This document shows, one piece after another, positions 54,129-64,000 of a stretch of DNA of 64,000 nucleotides (position 1 is its first letter; the number at the start of each line of letters is the position of its first letter). The position numbers and the translations under genes were made by a program. Source of the stretch: Eledone cirrhosa (Eukaryota); contig OZ024743.1 in the NCBI GenBank assembly GCA_964016885.1, positions 59,396,001 through 59,460,000 of the forward strand, written 5' to 3'. The notes under the pieces were generated by a model that ran no database searches, was not told where the DNA came from, and saw only the letters and a list, made by a program, of their open reading frames with translations.

Positions 54129-57100
54129 GTTGCATTTATCTTGCTTTATGTTCATACGAGTTATCACCAAGTCACAACCAGTGACCTCAAGAGACAACAA
54201 GGTCCACCATGTTAAAAAAAGAACATACATACACACACATGCATCTTTAGTGTTTAGACTTGTGATGTACTTATATTGACAGAATCTTCCTTAGTATATG
54301 GGCAGTTCACATTAGTACTATCTTTTGTATTTCTCCTATACGCGGGTTTCCTGGAATTTGCGATCAGTAATCATTAGAGCCCTTAGGTATCATTCCTAGA
54401 GCGCCTACAACCACTGGTATTGTTTTAGTTCTCAATTTCCACATTTTTCCAATTTCTATCTCCAGGTCCTTATACTTGCTCAATTTTCCAAATGTTTTTA
54501 TACATATCAATTTTTTAAGTCCTTCAGTATTATATCAAGTCTATTTGCATCTATTTTACGGTCCGTTTGTATGCTAAAGTTCCACAAGATTGAGATGTCA
54601 TCTTTTTCAAGTATGTGAGGTGGTTGATGCTCCCAATCAATTCTTTTGATGGGGCAGTTCAAAATGCTTATACATTATCCAATGTATGTATTGTGCAGCT
54701 CTGTCATGCCTGTTTAGCTATTCGGTTGGAGCTATAGGACTGCACATTGAAATTATATGGTCAATGGTCTCTGGTAGATTTTTACATACACGGCATAATG
54801 GGCTGCATCCATTTTTTATTAAGTTGGCTTGGTAATTTTTTGTTGGCAGACACTGATCTTGTGCTGATATAATCAGTCCTTCAGTCTCCGATTTCAGTCC
54901 AGAGGATGCCAACCACGGATGTGTTAAAGTTTTATCAACATCAGGATTGTTAGCTCTTTCTGGGTATTTTCCATACAGAGGCTTTTCTTGCCAGTTATAG
55001 CCAGTTTCTGTAGCAGTTCTTTCTTTGCAGTTACTTTCACCTGCTTTGCTTTTTCTGTGTTTTCCATTTCAGCAGTAAATGGGACTTCTGGAATTTGTAG
55101 TCCATTACTGCATCTTTGTGCATCTTTTGTAATGGAGTATGATCTTTTGATGCTTTCGTGTTTCAAAACGAGTTTGATCATCCAATCGTGTGATTCCCTT
55201 AGATATGTAGATAATCCAATTGTTGCAATTTTCAACGCAATATCTAACTGGATTAACCCACGTCCTCCTACTTACCTAGGGAGATATATTCTATCTGTAT
55301 CTGCCTTAGCGTGATGCATTCTGTGCATTGTTAAGCATTTTCTAATTTTTGTATCGAGCCTACGGATCTCTGTGCTTGACCAGTTGATGACATTGTAACT
55401 GTAGGTTACTACTGGTATGGCAAGCGTGTTTATGGCATCGATCATATTCCTTGCATTCAATTCCGTTCTTAAGATTGCTCTTACTCTGCGGTAACATTCC
55501 TTCCTTATCCTTTCCCTCATTGTCGAGTGCTTGATTCCGTCTCCTTCACAAACACCTAGATATTTGTAAGTTTCCTCTTGATCAAGTTCTCTTATCACAT
55601 TCACCCGATCAAGATTAATGTCTGAACTTTTCAGCAGCTTTCCTCTAGTGAACATTGCTTTGGCGCATTTATCTAGTCCAAACTCCATTTTAATGTCATT
55701 ACTGAACTACTCCACAGTGGATAATAGCCCTTGCAATTGTTCATCATTTTTTGCAAATAGTTTCAGGTCATCCATATAGAACAAGTGATTAATGGTTTTG
55801 TCATAGACTTTATATCCATGTTTTGTTTCATTGAGCATTTTACTTAATGGTATAAGTGCGATGATAAAGAGTCACCCTGAAAAATTCCACAATTAATATT
55901 AACTTCTCCAGCTTCCAGTGATTTTGTTTCACTATTTAAAAGGAGTGTCATTTTCCATGTCTTCATACTGAATGACAAGAACCTCCTGACAACGGGAGAT
56001 ATTTTGAAAATCTCTAAACATTTTTCAATCCAAACGTGTGGCAAACTATCGAATTCTTTTTTTATAATCTATCCAAGCAATTGATATATTTTTGTGTCTT
56101 TTATGACAATCTTCCAGTATCATTTTGTTAACCAAAAGCTGATCATTACAGCCATATGAGCCTCGTTTACACCCTTTCGGCTCATTGGGAAATAGGTCAT
56201 TTGTTATCAGGTGGTCATATGTATATTCAGTTAGGACTGATGTTAAAATGTTATACATTGTGGTCAAGCAAGTTATCGATCTGCAATTTTTGGGATTGTT
56301 TGTCTCATCATTCTTCGGAAGCAGGAATACAATGCCGTTAACTAGCCATGATGGTATCTTTTTTGGCTCCTTAACTATTTCATTGTAAAGTTGGGCTAAC
56401 AGCTTATGAGACTCTATGAAGGCATGTATCCCAAAATTTGGTATTTTGTCTTTTCCTGGGGTTTTCCATTTGCTTTGGTTTTCTAAGAGCCAAACGCAAC
56501 TGTTCAATTGTTATATTTTCCCATATTTGTTCCTCAAGCTGTATCTTTCATTTGTCTGTCTATCCATGGGGCATGTATATTATGAACTTTTTCTTCGGCC
56601 CAGATCTTTTCACAGAATTCTTGCACTTCATCCTTGGGTGGTATTGATTTAGCAGTTATTGTTTTCTTGCCAATTTTTCTGTAGAAGTTTCTCTGGTTGT
56701 TTTTGAACATATTATTGTCCTTATAGAATCTAGATCGTTTTTCAAAGCGCCTTATACGAGCAGCTTTTGCCGACACTTTTTGCTTGATTATTTCTATCAG
56801 CATGTCTATGTCACTTGTTGATTTTATACTGTATTTTCTTTTCAATTTTCTAAGTTTAGTTTGTTTAACATGTTCACCTACTTTGTTGTTTGTTAAAATT
56901 TCTATTTCAGATCGGAGAAGGTTTATTTGGCGATTGATGTTCTCTTGCCAAGTAGATTTCTTGTGGGAATTCCTTTGTTTTTTCATTTTCACTCCATATA
57001 AGTGAGTGGTGATTTTAGCCGATGCATAATAGAGATGATTTAAATCAGTAATGTTAAGGTTGTTTGTGATGATAATGTTTTTGAGAATTATGTTAGTCTT

Positions 57101-57425
57101 GTGTATTATCTTTTGGTTCTGTTTGGAGTTCTGGATCTTAAGGAGGGTGTCTCGTTCCCCCCTGTCAGATTCTTTCATTTTCATCCATTCGATCATAATT
57201 TCATCCTTCCAGTTGGCAAGTTCATTCTCATTCATTTCTTTATCATTTACGATCTCATTGTTTTCATTTTGAGTTTCATCTTGAACATGCACCCCATCCA
57301 CTTTTTCGATCCTTTCTTTAATTTGTTCTGTTGTCAGTGATTCCGCCCCAACCCTGGGATTCGAAGTGTTACAATTTACCTCGTTTTCACTGACACATGT
57401 TTCATTTTTCCTTCGCTGACTTTGT
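54129..57425 (-). mobile_element. R4/Dong family B, long copy
   Basis: ORFs 56534-57301, 56046-56507 (KTPGKDK, WIDYKK), 55844-56044 (GIFQGDSLS), FYMDDLKL, 55272-55688 (YKYLG), then CCHC and RLE. (TAA)n tail at 54063-54128. Confidence 0.92.
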
Positions 57426-57437
57426 GTTATTATTATT

Positions 57438-57553
57438 GATCTGAGTTCAAATCCCGCCTAGGTCGACTTTGCCTTTCATCCTTACGGGGTCGATAAAATA
57501 AAGTACCAGTAATGCACTGGGTATTTGCTTGCCTTGTGCCTAAAGTAGAAACA

Positions 57554-57591
<38 letters not shown>

Positions 57592-57610
57592 CATTATTAT
57601 TATTATTGCT
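57438..57610 (+). mobile_element. 5'-truncated tRNA-SINE with long (ATT)n tail
   Basis: ctgagttcaaatcccgcc...gcctttcatccttacggggtcgataaaataaagtaccag...agaaacaattattatt. Confidence 0.85.
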
Positions 57611-57629
57611 GTTGTTGCTATTGTTGTTG

Positions 57630-58390
57630 TTTTCTTGGAATCCTTGTCTTGGGGCTGGACTAATCTTCTTTAACCATCCTTGAAAATTCTTCGAGATAGT
57701 ACCTAGTGCTTCTATGATAATCGGGCCAACCTTGTTCTCATGACAGTCCCAAATCCTTTTTAATTCCAACTTCAAATCCTGGTATCGGTTAATTTTGTCC
57801 TTGTCCCTTTCTTGCACTTTGTCAAAGAGGCAGGCTACATCTACAATCATGCACGATCGTTTTCTCTTGTGAAAGCCCACCAGGCCAGGCCTATTGTGTT
57901 CTAATTTCTTGTCTGTCTGTATCCTGAAATCCCATAGCAACTTCACTCAATCGTTTTCTAGGAACGATTATGGCTTGTGCTCCCAAAACTACTCAGAATG
58001 TGGTAAATGATTTAATTTGCATAGATATCAGTGAATCACCTTTCCTATTATATCGTGCCTCCATCCTTTATAGCGCGTATGTGGAATTTTCACTCGGATA
58101 CAATGTGAACCGCAGTTTTCTCTCTCTCTCCACAGGTTTTACAGAGTGGGCTAGCTTCCTCCTTGTCAGTTTGGTGGTTACCCCACTTTGTTCTGAGGGT
58201 TTGTTCTTGTGAAGCCATTAGCATTCCCTGTATAGGTCTTTTTTAAGGTTTACTCTTTTAAACCAGCTCCATGTTTGTGAATCTCTGAATTCCGTTTTCT
58301 TAATAAAGGTTCTATGAAGGGCTTTTTCATGAAGGCTGCATTTTGTTGTTAATTCCTTCTTGGAGATTCTGTGGCCTATTGTATTCTCAT
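57630..58390 (-). mobile_element. R4/Dong family A-like fragment (CCHC and RLE)
   Basis: KLLWDFRIQTDKKLEHNRP...IVDVAC...YQDLK...GTISKNFQGWLKKI. Confidence 0.85.
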
Positions 58391-58414
58391 TATTTTTTTA
58401 TTATTTGGAATAAA

Positions 58415-58605
58415 TTGCCTTTATATGTAGTGCATTGGACTAAATGATTTGCCACAGTATGTTCCGACTTTTATGTCCTGCATTCATTTCCTGGCGAGGT
58501 GAAATTCGTCTTTCATCCTTTCGGAATCGATAAAACAATTTAGTAGATTTTCCCCCTATCTGCTAAATGCTTCGTCATAAGCCTGTCTTCGAAACAAATA
58601 TTATT
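58415..58605 (+). mobile_element. Old degenerate tRNA-SINE
   Basis: gcgaggtgaaattcgtctttcatcctttcggaatcgataaaac...gaaacaaatattatt. Confidence 0.55.
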
Positions 58606-58714
58606 AATGTTATATTGTGTAATATAACTAGTTAGAAACACAACTACATCAATAATTGAAGATGTCAGCCTTAAGAAGACAGAATCAATAATTCTCCCGG
58701 CGGAACACTGTCGA

Positions 58715-58834
<120 letters not shown>

Positions 58835-58885
58835 TTATCGAGCTCTCTTTGGATTTTAGTCTTCAAATTTATTATTGTTACTATA

Positions 58886-58916
<31 letters not shown>

Positions 58917-59159
58917 TTATATATATATAAGAATGGTACCAGGAAAAACTAGTCAGGAAGAAGAGGTCAGAAGGAGAAATGTATTAAATGTTCAGATTTT
59001 AACGTATATTTCTGTATAATTACATAACAGTCTACATGCGCTGACTGCCTGTTCCAATGCTCAATCATATTGCATTTCATCAGAAAGTAATTAACAAAGA
59101 GACAGAGAAAAATGTGCATTTCTGCAATAAGCATAACTTTTGTTTGCCCATTTGATCTG

Positions 59160-61620
59160 CATTGATCAGAGGCGCACCATACCCTCTTTATGATGTATCT
59201 TATGGGGTGTAGGTTTTGGTAATTGCACAAGTTTGTGTTCCCCCTACTAGACCCTCGATGACAAGCATAAACCTCCTCGGTAACACCTTGGCAAAAATCT
59301 CTGTGTTTACCAGAATTATAGGCCTGGAATTGTCTAACATGTTCCGCTTATTCCGGTCTTTCCTTATCAGCGTTATTACGCTCCGGCTCACAGAACTGGG
59401 ATACTATACTTCTGCTATCTCTTGATGTACACCGCTTCGGGGTGGTCAGAGAACAAATTTGGCATATCTATGTAAATCTCGTAGGAAAGACCATCAAAAC
59501 AGTGTGGCATGCGCCTTGAATTTCAGCTCATGTTATCGGCCTTTAGCAGCAATTAGCTTCGACTGGTGAGTGTCGCGACAGGGATTTGATGTAGGAACTG
59601 AAGTCCGACGCACCTCTACCCAGCAACAGTCAAGCAAAGTGCTGTCAAAAGGTTTCAAACATCTAGTTTGAATGGTTCAGTGCGCGTTCGTCACGGTCCG
59701 TTGAAGACCGAATTTTTTATTTGTCATCACGCTGCGCCTCTGCCACTCATACCCATCGAACATTTTTTGTTCCCTCACTTCTTAGAATACGCGCCTTAGC
59801 TGTGTCAATGTAACCTTCCTGTTTTGCATTGAAAAAAAATGGTCTAAATTGATTCTCGACACTAGCACGTCAATTGAAATGCCACTTTTAATATTCTCAT
59901 CTAATTTAGCTACCAAATCCCCACGTTTCTTTTTTTTTCGGTCGCTCCCTCTTTGCTAAAACCTATTGAAACTACTCTAATCTATTGAGAGCACTGGACC
60001 ACCTATTGTTGACGAACACATTTAAGTGGTGACCTATTCACCTTAAGATTTACACGACGGCAATGATATGTTAAATTTCCACTAAACAATTCCTAGCCTA
60101 TATGTTCTCTCTAGGTCACCCATTCAGATCCTAAATTCTTCATCTGAATAGGCGTCCGTTCCGACATATGGACACGCTACATTATCCTTATCAGCTGACT
60201 TAACGAAAACATATCTATATACGATCTACATGACCTTATAACGTTGGTCCAGGACCACACTGGCGCATTCAGGCAAACTATTCGACACCTGTCTGAAACT
60301 GGCTACTCATATTTGAGACTTTTGCAGCCCCACCCCCCTCTCATCAGCTATTCCCACCCACAAAATCCCAGCATGTATCTAAGAAGCTGCTCCATTCGCT
60401 CACTAACATTAAAATGTGAAACGTTCCTAGAAATGCTTCCAGCAGACTATATAATTCAGGTCGTCCTGCAACGGTATGTGGGTAAAAGGCTACAAGTCGA
60501 AAAGCACCACTTTGGCTATTGCTCACATCAAGGTCCATTAACCTACCGACCGGGTCCGGAAAGATTCTCCTCACCTTAAGATTCAGGCCGTTCCTAAACA
60601 CACTGACCCCCACCAACAATTCCCAGTCGATTAAAAGATGCGAAGATGTGTTAGACACCGAAAATTGTGGCTTACAGGCGTCTGGTCTGGCTGACGACAG
60701 TCACATCTAGTGAACTCAGGTCGTTCAGGAAGCGAGCCTACTTTCAGGACGACTCCAGTTCATGAAAATCTAGGCAACCTACTCTTATGATATTCATGTT
60801 GTTAAGCTGATTATGAGAATAACGGTTTACACACTCTCCGCCTGTTCGTGGATGTCGTGTGGTTCCACGTGGATTTTACGTTAGCGATTTCCATGTCATG
60901 TGGAAAACTCTCTGTCATTTCTTCATAGGCATCTGTCGACAATAGGACCATTATAAGCTCTTCCGCTACTCTAAATGTAGTGATGCCAAAATTATCATCC
61001 TTCTTAATTTTTTTTCTTCACGCTATAAAATCCATCAATTTTCTTCATGCTATAAAATCCATCAATTTATATTTCTTGCATGAAGTTTTTTGTGGGTGTC
61101 CTTTGATGTTGTGTCTGTGCTTGCTTTCGTTTGGCTGGTTATGGTAGAGATGGTGATGTTGGTGTTGTGGATGCGTCTATGTTTGTTGTGTGTGTGGTGT
61201 CTGCGTATTCTGTATATATATGTGTGTGTGTGCGTGTGTGTGTGTGTGTTTTGGGGGGTTTTATTCTTGTGTTTGCGGTTTTGATTTTTCACTGTTTGTG
61301 GTTGTCTCTCTTCTTAGCTTCGAAAAGACGAGGTCACTGTGCCTGTTTCAGATATCCGTGTGTTTCTGTTTGTGCCTATTTGTGTATTTATTGTTTTGGG
61401 ATGGGGAGAGCTTTCTTTACCTTACCCTTAGTTTGATTTTGTCTTTGCTGTTGGTGGTGATGGATTAGAGGCAGCTGCTGCTGCTGTTGCTTCAACGGCT
61501 GCTCCCACGGATTTATGTCAATGGCTACTGCATTCGTATGTAGGGCTGTAATATCAAATAATTCATCTCGATTGATTATGTGCATGTGTTCCTTTAGGAA
61601 TATCTAAATAATTTTGAATT
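59160..61620 (-). mobile_element. Tx1-4: heavily decayed relative of Tx1-2 (ORF1 end, APE, RT start)
   Basis: LIRKDRNKRNMLDNSRPI, PDPVGRLMDLDV..SGAFRLVA, caacATGAATATCATAAGAGTAGGT start. ORF1 end VEPHDIHEQAESV* matches VEQPDLHKGPEGK*. Confidence 0.8.
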
Positions 61621-61689
61621 ATACTTTGATGTCTGCTCTAATTTTTTGGTGTCGGCTATTTCATTTTTTAGTGGTGTATAGATACATTT

Positions 61690-62215
61690 AGAAAAGAAGA
61701 TTACAATGCAAAGCTATGAAAGATATGATCAATGACATGTCCTCTGAAGGAAGCCCGCAAAGTGCTCCCTATATGTTTTGGAAGTTCAAGTATCTCGGGA
61801 ATGTGTTCACGAGTGTTGGGAAGCGAGAGTCTGAATTAAGTGCAAGAATTACAGGAGTTGGTGCAATAAAGTTCAAGCTTCAACATAAGGTAAAGTGGGT
61901 AGGAGCAAAGGTCAAAATCGCTATTTTCAATTCAGTATTCGTGCCAACCCATAAATATTATCATGAATCTTAGGTAATGACCGAAAGAATACGATTGCGA
62001 ATACATACTTCGGGACCCAATCGAATTTGGAGGAGACAGCTGCTTTTGACAGGAGTTGACGGAAGGAGTGTTTGATAACTAACCCCAACACCCCCACCCA
62101 CCCCCACCCCCCCCCACACACACAACGACCCTCCCTGGAATACGTTGATAAAGACGAAAATTAAGGAATTCTCGGGCGAAGAAGAAGAAGAAGAAGAAGA
62201 AGAAGAAGAAGAAGA
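61690..62215 (+). mobile_element. RTE-clade LINE fragment with (GAA)n tail
   Basis: KFKYLGNVFTS.GKRESELSARI...KIAIFNSVFVPT..Y.HES.VMTE. Tail at 62178-62215. Confidence 0.7.
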
Positions 62216-62679
62216 ATGGATATTTTAATGATTTCCTTAACAATGTAGTGGAGAGTGTCCTATGTTGTTATGGCCAGTAACATGATGTAGCGTGAGTAAA
62301 TGTGGTTTGTGTACGAGAAAAGATTAGTAATGTTCTTAATACATTCAGGGAAAGATGCCTTACATCTACGTTTGCCATCATGTGAACCTATAAGTTGCCG
62401 ATCTTTTATTTAAGAGAATCCAAAGCATAATAGTATTTTAGTGCAAGCCTTGGGCTCTAAATCCCCTGCTGCTGTCAATCTATACATCGTACAATATTAT
62501 CTATATATGACAAAATGTATATATCGTTACATCGTTCGAAGAACAACGCGATCTGATTTACACACATTTGGCAATACTCTATGTCCTTATTTTTGCTTTT
62601 TATTCCCCTTTCTCACTTTTACTCTGTACACTTCTATTTTTTATCACTGTGTATTCATATATATACTTATATATTTATC

Positions 62680-62769
62680 ATGCATATGTATTTATATATG
62701 TATATACGTATTCGTGTATGCACACACGCACAGACACACATACGTATATATATGTACATACATAATACA

Positions 62770-62846
<77 letters not shown>

Positions 62847-62886
62847 ATCTATATATCTATATCTATATATACATAATATATATATG

Positions 62887-62918
<32 letters not shown>

Positions 62919-62952
62919 TAATACATATATGTATATATATATATATAAAACA

Positions 62953-63035
<83 letters not shown>

Positions 63036-63043
63036 TTATTCAG

Positions 63044-63077
<34 letters not shown>

Positions 63078-63080
63078 GTT
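62680..63080. repeat. Imperfect (TA)n/(TG)n microsatellite
   Basis: Direct reading. Confidence 0.95.
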
Positions 63081-63324
63081 GTGTATAAGAGAGTGTGTTT
63101 GATAGTACGCAACATATGTTTATGAAACTACAAGCAACCCACTCGTCAACATAGCGATCTTCTAGCTCACGTATCTACCCTATTTCTCAAAATACTTCTT
63201 TGATATCTTTGCATTCTAGCCTTTCTAAATTTATCTGTACACTTACCTTTATATATATATGTCTATTACCTATCCTACCTATACTTTTATACTTTTATAT
63301 ACACACATACACACACATACATGG

Positions 63325-63602
63325 CATCACGTCGGTTACGACGAGGATCATTAGAGTAATTCAAATATTAGAACACCCTCCTCATGAACTTGACGTGCAG
63401 CTGGTTGTATATTCCTGAGTTATGTGCAAATTTACACACGGATATTCAACGTTACACATTATGAATCATGGCTATTTATTTTTTTAATTACATGCAAATT
63501 TCTTCCGGACTGTTGCAATGTCGAATATATTGTCACACACAAAGATATAACGTACTGCTGGGAATCGAAATCAAGACATTAGGAACGTGTGTCTAACACC
63601 TT
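63325..63602 (-). mobile_element. Old copy of a second tRNA-derived SINE family
   Basis: Box-B-like GATTTCGATTCCC on the minus strand near 63558-63573. cggttacgacgagg...gaacttgacgtgcag resembles, from memory, an octopus SINE. Not verified. Confidence 0.45.
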
Positions 63603-63649
63603 TTATACATACATATATTTATGTAGATATCCACTCATGCATATCTACT

Positions 63650-63928
63650 TACATATACACACATTCGTATATACATACATACAACCATACATAATACATA
63701 ATACATACATGCATACACGCATACATACGTACATCATACATACATGGATACACATGTACAACGTACATACTTACGTACACATATAACGCATACATACATA
63801 CGTACATACATACATATATACATACGTACATACATACATATATACATACATACATTCATACATGCATGCATACATACATACATACATACATACATACATA
63901 CATACATACATACATACAAACATACATA
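63650..63928. repeat. (CATA)n microsatellite
   Basis: Direct reading. Confidence 0.95.
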
Positions 63929-64000
63929 CCAGACTGTTTACTTGACTAACTACATATACGTGTCTACCTATGTATATCTACCTATTGATTTAATCTTTCT

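Overview
Eukaryotic, AT-rich, microsatellite-laden DNA made almost entirely of nested, decayed transposable elements. No host gene could be supported. From recall of the dominant SINE it looks like a coleoid cephalopod, probably an octopod; this is inference and unchecked. Contents: six Penelope-like element (PLE) remnants (GIY-YIG; Naiad-, Neptune- and other types), most with minimal type I hammerhead ribozyme motifs in their 3' pseudo-LTRs, two of them intact (4160-4209, 17257-17311); eight R4/Dong-clade RLE retrotransposon copies with (TAA)n tails; one CRE-clade element with an apparent N-terminal PHD-finger remnant; four L1/Tx1-clade elements plus a solo 3' end, in (ATT)n tracts; about 14 copies of a tRNA-derived SINE; a non-autonomous Helitron; two RTE fragments with (GAA)n tails. 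Most interesting: (1) the SINE 3' tail matches the Tx1 3' end, suggesting a Tx1-SINE partnership that shares an (ATT)n/(TAA)n niche with Dong elements in opposite polarity; (2) both near-full-length Tx1 elements carry a GTAAGT donor at the ORF1 stop whose first downstream YAG would fuse ORF1 in frame to ORF2; (3) the PHD-like finger on the CRE element; (4) inverted, hammerhead-bearing pLTR pairs, one enclosing a segment that is also duplicated elsewhere in the window. Element boundaries were read by eye and are approximate unless exact junctions are quoted.
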